Below the pieces are notes generated by a model that was not told where the DNA came from, did no database searches, and saw nothing but the letters and a program-made list of their open reading frames with translations. A stretch of DNA of 63,354 nucleotides, filler included, from Pelomyxa schiedti (Eukaryota; Protista; Evosea): NCBI GenBank assembly GCA_020536535.1. It is 8 parts of 8 records of this genome, joined end to end, with 100 filler letters (N's around TTAATTAATTAA, not from the genome) between each part and the next. Parts side by side here need not be neighbours in the genome. Positions count along the whole stretch, not along the records: positions 25,208 to 52,281 come from JAHLWZ010001035.1; positions 52,382 to 53,956 come from JAHLWZ010002410.1; positions 54,057 to 56,947 come from JAHLWZ010001860.1; positions 57,048 to 59,164 come from JAHLWZ010002125.1; positions 59,265 to 61,027 come from JAHLWZ010002285.1; positions 61,128 to 63,354 come from JAHLWZ010002062.1; 2 more parts are not named here. The stretch is one strand, 5' to 3'. Shown here piece by piece: positions 49,807 through 61,129 of this stretch; the stretch's first letter is position 1, and each line of letters opens with the position of its first letter. Position numbers and translations under genes: made by a program.

Positions 49807-52281
49807 ATGTCGAAGAGAAGAAGCAGTAGGACTATAAGGAAGACTAACCCTAAGGAGGTTCAGATACCAGGTAATGATTTTTACTACTATATCCTCAAAT
49901 AATGACTGTAGTGGACCCTGAACCTGTTAATCCAGGATTAGGGTCCCATGACATTTTTGTCATTTTATTTATTTATTTTTATTTCATGCCAATTGGTGTA
50001 CAGGCCAGTTGGTGTCCAATTTTGGAATTAAGGCGTGACTCTCTTTTATTTTCACTGTTTCACATGACACAAGTTTAGTACGCGCTGCTGATACACAATG
50101 CAGGTGTGATACATTTCCCTCTCCCTCCTTTTGTCACCTGCCCACCTTAATGTGTTCTACAGACACCAACTCCGGCTCGCCGACTGTGATGTGATGGTGG
50201 CAAAGAGATGGTACACCCCCGACATGACCTGCAATATTCTATCACCATCTATGCTCTGGGAACTCACCAAGACACTGCTGGATTGGTGGGAAGTATTGTT
50301 CTCTCCCCTACCTGACCAGCTACAAATAACCTCTGGCTTGCCAGGAAAATTGTTGGTCTGTTAAGTGCGCGTTGTGACTCTACTTCAAGGTACGATTGTT
50401 TTTCTCCTTTCCCCTTTTCTAATTGAATTATGCAGATAGGTGGGATTATTGCAGGGTTGACTGTGGGGCTGATTAGTGGAGCCTTTACCCATGTACACAG
50501 TTCCCACATTACACATAGGGCGACACCGCAGGTACATTTCCCTCTCCCTCACCCCACCTTAATGTGCACCACACGTTCCATCTCAATCCCTGCAGGCTTT
50601 TGGCAGTGCCCTTGGCGGCTATTGTCATGGACTTGGCAGAGAAGGTACCCTTCCATCTTCCGATTTGTATTTTCCTCCCAACCTCGATGCGAAGGTCCCT
50701 GATGTTGGTCAAGGGCACAGCTTGGTCTTGCCAGTGTTGGTGGTATTACTCAGGTCCGCATCTCTATTTTATTTCTATTTGATATAATCCTTTCTGTAGT
50801 TGACCTTGACCTATAACTTTGTCCACGAATTTTACTGCCTTCTGTATGGTACACAGTCAAGTGCGGCAGGATTTCTCCACGGTTCCCGTCAGGGAATATG
50901 AAGCATTGGCATGTTCCTCACTTTCCCATTCGTACTTGATTCGCATGTGTGGACGGAGGCGTCAAGCCTAATGTTGAACTTACCTGAGGTACGCTGTCAC
51001 GGACCTAGCACATTGAGGTATATTCCATTCTTCCATTTGGATTTCATTCTAACTTAGTAACACAGGGAATCGAACAACAAAAGAACTTTGAGAGACGAAC
51101 TAGATGAAGGAGCGGTACCCCCAAAACTGAGAGATTGATAGCAGCAGGCATGTACCCCTCCCACTTTTCTTCCTAAGTCTCATGTGTAGCACAGGTATCA
51201 GCTCCACTGTTTCTTAGAGTTGCCAGCACCGTGAAGGAGCAGCCCATAGGTCTATTCCCCTGTTCCATTTATTTTGTGGCACAGAACCCATAGTCGCAGG
51301 TAATTTCCCGACCTTAATGCACCGGCACTCACTCTACAGCCCAGTCACCCTGGGGACACCCGCATATGCACTCCAGTGGCCTAGCACATCCGGCAGTGGT
51401 AACTCCTTCCCTCAGACTGTTGGTTCCAGCTTTATGCCAGACCAAGCAAGGCCTGTTCCTCTTTTATTTGTGGTCTGTCTAACTTGTGCCACAGATAATG
51501 CTGATCCATCTGACAGTGCGAATAGCACATCCCAAAGACAACACCACTTTAAATAAGAAAGGTATTTAAGCACCACTGAACTACTTCAATGTCATTTACA
51601 TTCAGGAACCACCACCACACCGGCGATCCGACGATCTCTGACACAACCACAACCAAACAATTACCACCCAGCAGCATTGACCACACCAATATTCTTGTAA
51701 AATTACTGAGGCCAGTGCATTTCAGTTTGGAACATAAAAACCCTTTAAATCGATTTTCGAGTTGTCATCAGTGACGTAAGAGTGACACAGACGTGGAACA
51801 AATCGGACATAGACAAGAAAGAGAAAAGAGAAAAGAGTGAGGGAAGCTTCAAGGATGCAAAACAACTACACATACCCACCAATGAACCAACAACAGCTGC
51901 AGCAACCGTTCTGCTACAGTCTCCCGGAGCCCACCACATCGTATCCCGCCCCGCCGGTGTTGAGCCCTCCAGCTCAGCCCGCGTCCGTATATGTGCCCCC
52001 GAGGAGGAAGGTCTTCGGCATTCGCCTCAGTAATCTGCCCGTAGGTTTGACAGCCCAACAGCTGTGCAATTTTTACAGGGCGTTAGATTGTGAGGTACCT
52101 CTGATAATGATAATGACTTTCAATCGACATCCTATAGGTTTTGCAATCCCAAGTTGACGAGTCTGAGGGGAGGGTGGAGTTTGTTGATGAAGCTGCCTTG
52201 AGGCTGGCACTGAGTATGGAGAGGATTGTATGTGTCTACTTATTGATGCCACAGCGTTAAAACACTGTAGATGTTCTGGGG
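49807..52281 (+). CDS. Putative multi-exon gene ending in an RRM; truncated by contig end
   Basis: FGIRLSNLPVGLTAQQLCNFY...GRVEFVDEAALRLALSM near 52015-52225; upstream exons not reliably resolved. Confidence 0.45.
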
Positions 52282-52381
52282 NNNNNNNNNNNNNNNNNNN
52301 NNNNNNNNNNNNNNNNNNNNNNNNNTTAATTAATTAANNNNNNNNNNNNNNNNNNNNNNNNNNNNNNNNNNNNNNNNNNNN

Positions 52382-53956
52382 GGCCCGGTTCCTCTCCCGC
52401 TTCCATCCACCTGCCACGTCGTCATTCTCGTCATCATCCACCACAAGTAGCTCCAGAGACAGAGTACCTGGCACAATGTGGCGGCACTCAACACACCAGT
52501 GGGGCCACGACAACATGCACCACAACCTCAACAAAGAAAACAACGAGAAAGAAAAAACCAAAAACAACAACAAAAGGCTCTTTAGGTGTTGCGGACAAGG
52601 CGCCTGTCACAGTTGCGGCTGCGACAGTAGCAGCACCAGAAAAGTCGGAGACTCACAAAAAGCCAGCATGCTCACTTCCATCACTTTCACAGACAGAGTT
52701 GATGCCTCCACCAAAAATAAATAAGACAGTGAACGGAGATGTGAAGAACTCAAAGATCACGCACACTCAACAAACAAGCCGTTGCTCACAACCAACACAG
52801 AACACTGCAATACCACAGAAAGATGTCCCCAAAAAGAACTGCAGTGATTCGATTAAGCAGCGTCCTGAGATCATTATTTCATCAAGAAAGGGAGTTTCAC
52901 AACGAGATCAAAGTTCTTCTGCAAGGTCTCGAGGCAGTGATAAAACTGCGTTGCCTGCTCCACAACGGGATTTGAAGACAGCAGAAAATGATCACCACCA
53001 ACAGCAGCAGACAAGGCAATCGACTGCGCAACAATACCATTCTGAAAACAGGAAGCCAGTTGAAAGGAGCCATGACAACTCAACAAGAAAGAGGATCACA
53101 TCGGGATGGGATGTAAAGACCCCTTCCCCATCCCCTTCCTTTTCTTCCAAGAGGCGAAGTCGGAGCAGGAGCAGGAGCAGGAGCAGAAGCAGAAGCAAGA
53201 GCAGAAGCAGGGGAAAAACGAAGAGAGGAAGCAGCCCTCGAAGGCACAAGAGACCAACGAGCAGAAGCCCAACAAGGAGGGAAGACATCAGTGTTCACAA
53301 GATTATTTCAAGCCACGGTGGTGCCCCACTGCACTCTGCCCCTGAGAGAGGAAGACAACAACAACAGCAGCACCCGGATGTGAAAGCCGAAACACAGCAA
53401 GCACCATCAAGCAAAAGTGAGGGGAAAAAAGAAGTTGTGGTTGTTGTGCCTTGTGCTCCTATGTCCACTTCGACTTCTACCTCTTCAGTCGAATCAAGCC
53501 AACAACCTGTGCCGGTCCCAGACTCAGACTCAGTGTCGGTTCCAATCCCTGAAAAATACACAGGAAAGTCGGTGCAACCTGAATTGCCAACAACCATCCC
53601 TGGTTCTTATTGTTGTTCTGGTGCTGATGAGGCACCAGAAAATTCCGGTTCCGAATCAACAAGTGCTCCCATCAAAGAAGATCCGTTCATCAATAACAGC
53701 CAAGAGGTTCCGAGCGGTGATCAGATTCCCCCTTCTGATGAATCTGTTTTCTCCAATCCACCGCAGACCGCATCACTTGGGCCCATCCAACAGCAACAGC
53801 AGCAACAGCAACAACCCGATGTTTCTTCAGAACTCAATGCAACACCCTCTCCTCCTCTTCATCAAGTCTCCTCTCAAATTGTTGTTACCACGTCACAGCC
53901 GCAGCCACAGCCAGCATCACTCGAGGCACTTCCCCCTCCTCCTCTTCCTGCTCCCC
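52382..53956 (+). CDS. Fragment of a low-complexity RS-domain protein
   Basis: Frame open for >400 codons with KRRSRSRSRSRSRSRSKSRSR; cut by contig spacers. Confidence 0.6.
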
Positions 53957-54056
53957 NNNNNNNNNNNNNNNNNNNNNNNNNNNNNNNNNNNNNNNNNNNN
54001 TTAATTAATTAANNNNNNNNNNNNNNNNNNNNNNNNNNNNNNNNNNNNNNNNNNNN

Positions 54057-54177
54057 ATACAATACAATACAATACAATACAATACAATACAATACAATAC
54101 AATACAATACAATACAATACAATACAATACAATACAATACAATACAATACAATACAATACAATACAATACAATACAA
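54057..54177. repeat. (ATACA)n pentanucleotide microsatellite, ~24 copies, at contig start
   Basis: Directly visible. Confidence 0.95.
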
Positions 54178-54179
54178 CC

Positions 54180-56947
54180 ATAAGGCACCCAACACACAGG
54201 GTATGATACTCACTGCGCTAAATTGTCAGAAGGCACCGTACCCCGCGTGTATGAACATACCTCCTCAACGCATCCGCATCAGCGTCCGTTGTCATGTCCT
54301 ACAAGCACCGTGGTGCAATTATGCTGAATACTCTCACGCAGGATTCCCAACTTGGTGTAAATGAGATTCACTAACTTGGTTTTTGGCTCGCGTTAAATAG
54401 CTGGCCACGTCGCGTTGTGTGTGAAAAAAACCGGAGGCGCGATGATCAAAAAAGTGTGTGTGCTTCGGGAGTATGCCAGAACCAAGGGACCAACACTGGA
54501 TATGAGCGGTAACTACTACCACAACCACACGACTTACCGTTGTTGCTGTTGTTGTTCCAATTCACTCATGTTGTTGTTGGCCACTTGTAGATACAGACCT
54601 CATCCATGGTGGTGGCCTAGCGATTTACCTGAGAAACGTGCAAGAGTTGTCCCTTGATGGTGGGTGAACCTTTTGTATTTGTTGATCTAGCAGGCCTGGC
54701 CTTACTGCTCTTCTTCAGGGACACAGTTTGAACAGGGGTGTGATGAATTCTGGAGTGCCGTCACCACTTCACGTATCCTCAGGACACTGAGGCTTGCTGG
54801 TTTTCCTCTCTTGCATGGAGGGTGACAATGACTCCCTTTTTAGGTGCACATTTGACACCAGGGGCAGCAGAGGGGCTCACACGTCTACTGCAAAATTCAG
54901 CCACCATAAGTTCCGTGGATATCTCAGGTTGATTTCCCCTCTCCAGCTTCCATTTGAACACACCCACATCCAACACAAGGAAACCCAAATCTTGGTGATG
55001 ATGCTGGTCGAAAAGTGCTTGAAGCCATATCTCCGCATATAACTCAACTGAACTATGAGGGTATGACCTTTTTTTTGTTGGGACACGCTGAACATTGCCA
55101 CAGGATGTGAGTTCTCACATGAAACTTGCTGCTTGATCACAAGAAAGGTGAATGCCAATCGTATAAGTCAGGGGCTTGCGCCACTGTTACAGCAATGATT
55201 TTGAATTGTCATCTGTTGAGGCAACCCTAATTTGCTATTGAGAGTTCGTTCATGTTGTTTTGTTTTTCAGTTGTCATAACTCATTCATTGTTGGTTTTTT
55301 TTTAAATGATAAGTAATAATCAAGGTAAGGACACAGAGAAGTGGACAGGGACACCAGACACATTGAGGAACGTGGTTCCGCCTTGAGTGGTGGTCCCGTA
55401 ACTAGAAATTGCGAACAATTATGCAATGAGTGAGGGGATGCGTGTATGTAGAGAGAGTTGTTGGATGGATGTGTGGTGGGTTTAAAATAATGGCGAAATT
55501 TACCGCAGGTAAGTGGCACTCAGAGAACTTTGTGCTTGTATGCCAGCGTGCCAACCCACCTGTACTACTACATCATCAAATGTCACTTATTAATACATCC
55601 ATCCACCAAATAAGAAAAAAATCTACATAGCCATTAATCCAGCATGTAGGATTATGGGTGGTCTAGTCCTCTAGTTTCTGTAATAATGCTCATTTAAATA
55701 ATGACACGATACAATACAATAAGCATAACGCGATGCATTGGCACCCAACAACGCACTGCGCTAAATCGTCGAGGAGGCACCGTACCAGTCCCCCGTGTAT
55801 GAACACCTCCTCAACGCATCCACATCTACATCCACATCCGCACCCACATGTGCACGCCGGTTGTCATGTCGTACAAAGAGAGAAATAGATGGCTCCAGGA
55901 TGCACGAATAAAGCTAAGTCGAATTTCTTCGGCTTTTTGGTAACAGCCAAGTGGCAGAATATAAAAACTGCAGCAGACCGCCGATCCTGGGATCTCTTGA
56001 GTCCCCAGTGCGCAACACATTTTTTGGAAGATCATTAAAGGAACCATCAAATCTCTTGAGTCCCCAGTCGACGAACCATCTTGTTTCCGGACTCTAATCT
56101 ACGGTGTGGTTCGGGTCCACCTTCGAAGTTGAAGCTGTTCTAACCCTTAAGTTGACGCATCCTTGGGCCTGATAAAAAATCGTAGGATGCTGCGACGTAA
56201 AAAAGTGTGTGCACTTAAGGAGTACATCAAAACCAAGGGACCAACACTGGATCTGAGCAGTAACCTACTTACTACCTCGTCACTCTCGTTGTTGTTATCG
56301 CGATGTTGCTGTTGTTGTTGTTGTTCCAATTCACTCACGTTGGCCACTTGTAGATACAGACCTCATCCATGGTGATGGCATAGCGATTTACCTGAGAAAC
56401 GTGGAAGAGTTGTCCCTTGATGGTGGGTGAACCTTTTGGATTGTTGATTGAGCAAGCCTCACTGCTCTTCTGCAGGCACAGTGTTTGAACAGGGGTGTGA
56501 GGAATTCTGGAGCATGGTAAACAGTTCACGTGTACTCAGGACACTGAGGCTTGCTGGTTTTCCTCTCTTGCATGGAGGGTGACAATGACTCCCTTTTTAG
56601 GTGCACAGTTGACACCAGGGGCAGCAGAGGGGCTCACACGTCTACTGCAAAATTCAGCCACCATAAGTTCCGTGGATATCTCTGGTTGATTTCCCCTCTC
56701 CAGCTTCCATTTGAACACACCCACATCCAACACAAGGAAACCCAAATCTTGGTGATGATGCTGGTCGAAAAATACTTGCCGTAATATCTCCGCGTATCAC
56801 TCACTTGAACTGTGAGGGTACGGCCGTTTTATTTTTGTTGGGACACTCTGAAAAATTGCCACAGGATGTGGATTCTCACATGAAACTTGCTGCTTGATCA
56901 CAGGCAAGGTGAATACCAATCGTAGGAATCAAGGCCTTGAGCCACAA
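54180..56947. repeat. Diverged tandem duplication: ~54180-55190 and ~55700-56947
   Basis: Near-identical cores (54779-55010 vs 56536-56770) with more diverged flanks; only broken ORFs. Confidence 0.85.
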
Positions 56948-57325
56948 NNNNNNNNNNNNNNNNNNNNNNNNNNNNNNNNNNNNNNNNNNNNTTAATTAAT
57001 TAANNNNNNNNNNNNNNNNNNNNNNNNNNNNNNNNNNNNNNNNNNNNCGAGGGGCGTGGTTGTGCTCCATGCAGTATTGTACATTACCCCTCCGTAGATC
57101 CAAGATCTCGTCTCTTTTACGGGATGTTTTGTGCGCGTTGTTTATTACCAGAAGTCCACCTTTTTTTTCGTTACCCTTCAAAAGTGACACTACTCCCCTG
57201 CGCCTATCGCCCATGCTCCAAATACACCCCTCCCCTGCCCACTCCTTTATGCATCAGTCAAGATCCAGCCTCCGTCACCATCACAAACCTGTCCTTCAAG
57301 GAACATCGACAATACCGGGAAGTAC

Positions 57326-58869
57326 ATGAGCAGTAGGAAGGGAAAGTTCACGCCGCCGTCGATGGAGGCCGTGATGAGGGCGTTTGGCCCCGAGCCCATG
57401 GACTCCCCCCTCCGGTCCTCCTTCGGCGCCCTCCCCTCGCTCCTCGCCCAGTCCCCCGCCTCCACTCCCAGTCCCAGTCCCACTCCTCCTTCTCCTTCTC
57501 CGTCTCCGTCTCCATCTCCCTCGCCCTCCTCCTCATCTGCATCGGCAGCTGTGCCAATTGTACCTGCCGCGACCTCCACGGTTTCTACTTGTGGGAGCGG
57601 CGAGGGGGGGGCGGCGGCGTTTGGGGGCAGGAATCTCTTCCAGCCCATTGCGAGGCCGGGGCCTGGGGACTGGCTGTGGTCCCAGCGCGAGTGCGGGCAG
57701 GACTTCGACTCGTTCCTGGCCACGTGCGGCACTCCAAGCGCCAAGTGCGTGGGCCCCACCCAAACCCAACTCAATCTGTTATCTACTGCTACCTGATGTC
57801 TGTTATCTGTTGGCTCTGTTGTCGAGTTTGTGGGCGGCGTTAGATTGTACATTTCATCCCACTCACTCGTTGTTAGTAGTTAATGCAACTCATTTTGTAT
57901 TGTTGGTGGCTTTGTTCCGTTGTTTAACGACTTCTGGACAGGGCTTCTCTCAGAGATACTGTTTATCTATTGCCATTAGGTCATTTGGACATCGATCTTC
58001 ACTTCCTACAGAGATTTGCACAGGCCTACCTCGCTACTGTGGTTCACCTCATGGAGCCCTGGGTTGTTCAAAAGAACCCGGATGCAAGAGCAAGCGCAAG
58101 AACGAAGGCACCAACAGATGTTCACAAAGAAAAGTAAGAAATCCCAATATTTGGTTCGTTGTCCAATTTATAGGCATCACCAGGTTTATGAAATACCGGG
58201 ATCCCTCCCATCCACAGAAATTGTGGAAGATACCTTACCGAGTTTCTGATGGAAAGATACAACTACTGTCTGATAAAATTTGCACTCTCCTGAAGTCGGC
58301 AACTCCGCCAAATTTTATGCATTTCGACGTACATAGAGTTGTAATGACAGCCTTTAGGCATGTGCCTGGTCGCCATCACAATGGAGGATTTGTATTCTGT
58401 TGGCTTCAATTGGGTCTTTGGTCTTGCCGAAAATCGTGTTGGGGTTTTTAGCTTTGCCCGTTACCTGAGTATCCAAATTTTATCTTCATTTCTTGTTCCT
58501 AAATTTACACGTAGATGCCACTGCAAACCACAGCCTTTTGTGGCGAAGTTGCCAAACACTGGTCCATGAGACTTTACACCTTTTCAACTTTGAGCACTGT
58601 ATCTACTACAACTGTGTCATGAACGGATCCAATTCCTTAGAAGAAGCGGACAACCAACCAATGCATCTTTGCCCTATATGTTTGAGAAAACTACATGCCA
58701 AGGTTTATTTACAAGTTGTACCCCAGTGGCTAATGTACTTCCTCCACAGACTGGATGCGACATTCAAGAGCGGTACCGTAAATTGTTGCAGCTTTATGTG
58801 GAGCGAATAGTACAATTCGAGTATGAAGTCGAATGGACAAACCTTTTCCTGTCCCTTCAGGAATCCTAA
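57326..58869 (+). CDS. Archaemetzincin (peptidase M54) zinc metalloprotease
   Basis: PGDWL..E.GQDF, ITMEDLY...WVFGLA, GVFSFARY, HETLHLFNFEHCIYYNCVMNGSNSLEEAD...LCPICLRKL. Confidence 0.92.
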
Positions 58870-59264
58870 ACCACACCCCTACTGTACTTCCTTGTGCAAT
58901 GTAAAAAGAAAAAACCATTAGTTTATGTAATTACAGTTTCTTCAATAAACTTTCAGAAACACCTTATTGCCAATTTTTTTTTTACATTTACAACAAGCAA
59001 CAAGGGGATTGTGATTCTGTGTGACTTGAAGGTGGTGACGGTGGAATTGGTTCTGGGAATGCCTTCAGAGAGAATTTCTTCAGAGAAAGAATCCTATCCT
59101 CTGGATGTGACATGTGTGATGCTTCAGTGATAGCGTTTTCTATCGTTAGTTTTGAAACTGGAGTNNNNNNNNNNNNNNNNNNNNNNNNNNNNNNNNNNNN
59201 NNNNNNNNTTAATTAATTAANNNNNNNNNNNNNNNNNNNNNNNNNNNNNNNNNNNNNNNNNNNN

Positions 59265-59539
59265 GCTTCACTGTTAAGTATTGGGTTGAGGAAATGAAGC
59301 TCTATGCACAAGCCAAGCACTTCGCAATAGAGATAACGGACTCACGTCAAAAGAAGACCCTGGCACAGCAGGAGTTTGTGGCACCTGCCGCTGAGCAGGC
59401 GGAAACAGGCCATAGCACAGTAGATGTGATACCCCTGAGTCTGGAGTCCTGGTGCAGCAAAGTACCCAGCAAGTTCCATCTCAGAATCGATGTTACAGAC
59501 AACTTTGCTGAAAACTCCCGCCTCAGACCCCTTGATTGA
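59265..59539 (+). CDS. 3' fragment of a 'KLHAQAK'-family gene
   Basis: MKLYAQAKHFAIEITD...FHLRIDVTDNFAENSRLRPLD, similar to the neighbouring gene's last exon. Confidence 0.7.
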
Positions 59540-59700
59540 TTGATCGGTGGGAAAACAACAATATGCGAAAAACGAAAGATTGGAAGAAAGAACATTCTGG
59601 CGAAAACAGAAACCAAACCTGTCACCAGTTCCCAGCAAACTTAAAAGTGGTATGTTTTTTTTTTTTTTGGCATATAGTCATTCTGTAAGCAGCGAGATCT

Positions 59701-60991
59701 ATGCGGGCCTCCGGCGCCAACACAGATCCTTTGCATACAAACCAAGCCGGAAACGACAATGAACAAGACAGCAGCCGCATAGTCACTACTACTAATAACA
59801 ACAATGCCCCCACGATTGCTCCTGAACAGGCTCGTGAGCCGTGCCCCAAGAAACCACGTGAGGAACTATCCTTCATTCACTGCCATGATGACGTGGCGAA
59901 GTCAACTGTATCACGTGCCTTTGCTTACTTGGATAAACTTGCCTTTGAGGCCGAAACAGTTAATAGTAAACCTTGTAATTAAATCTAACATGACTTCTCA
60001 CTTTTCAGAGCACAAGGGAGGTTACTAGCGAAATTGAGGAGTTACAGGAACTTAAATCACACGTGAATGAAGCTATAGACGTGAAGATAGCTGAATTGAA
60101 AAGTAAAGCGCAAAGAAATCTCCAGGTATCATCAGAACTGGTTTTGTTTGGTAAACTCATGAGAAAACAGACCTCACTTGAGAAACTCAGGAACCTCAAT
60201 GGCGTGTTTTCCGCAAAGCAAACAGTAATTCATTCAACTTTACCGCATTTTTTGCACTGAAGGGATTTTATTTCCGAAGCTCTTTTACCGTAAAGACTGG
60301 ATACTTAATCAGCTACATCAGGCCTTGAAAAACACCCTCAGTCACATTTTCATTGTCAGTGGTATGTGCTCAACAACCCTTTTGAAGTTAACAGAAAATA
60401 GGAACTCACATTTTGTCCGTTCCCCACCTCGTTTTGGTGCAAATTGTTGGGTATTTACCCCGAGAGTCAATATTGGCTGTCCGCTCCGTGTGCTTTGACT
60501 TTTGGAAGGCTGTCTGTGAAGGTTTTTAACCCTATTAAGTAACAGCTTAATTAACTTCGTCACAAACAGCTACAAGACGTGCCGTTACATTGTGTACTTC
60601 TGTTGCAAGGCAGGACAACTCTTGGCGGCTCATTGATTACAACGGTGCATGTACTCCAACAGCTGACTTTGTATTCAGTATTAATGCGGAAACCACTCTC
60701 TTCACTCTCACTTTCTGCGTTGTGAAAATGAAGCTTCATGCACAAGCCAAGATTTTCGCAATCGAGATCACTTATTCACACAACTTTCTGTTGGCTCACG
60801 CAGAGTATGTGATCTCAAGTACACGCCAGGCAGAGCTGGCCCTCAACGCAAGAAGTGAGTGCATACATCTAAAATATGTCAACACACCGAATATGCCATT
60901 GAACAGCTTCACCCTCCGCATCGAGGTCACTGACTACTTTGACGCACACTCACGCCTATGCCCCTCTGACTTGCGTAAAAATACTCCTTGA
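59701..60991 (+). CDS. 'KLHAQAK'-family multi-exon protein
   Basis: Homologous to 4494-5796, with matching intron positions at the junctions checked. Confidence 0.75.
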
Positions 60992-61129
60992 ACCCACAAA
61001 AAATGCTTGGATAACTAACTGGCTTGTNNNNNNNNNNNNNNNNNNNNNNNNNNNNNNNNNNNNNNNNNNNNTTAATTAATTAANNNNNNNNNNNNNNNNN
61101 NNNNNNNNNNNNNNNNNNNNNNNNNNNTC

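Noticed and set aside
54057-54177. (ATACA)n as a telomere
   Set aside because: The paralogous internal copy has the same unit in 2-3 copies at the equivalent position; a microsatellite that broke the contig is the simpler reading.
58564-58600. Archaemetzincin HExxHxxGxxH with Gly replaced by Asn as evidence of inactivity
   Set aside because: All three His ligands, the catalytic Glu, the Met-turn and the Cys4 site are intact.
21291-61127. Recurrent TTAATTAATTAA palindrome as a biological motif
   Set aside because: Always centred in N-runs within a 100-nt block; it is an artificial six-frame-stop contig linker.
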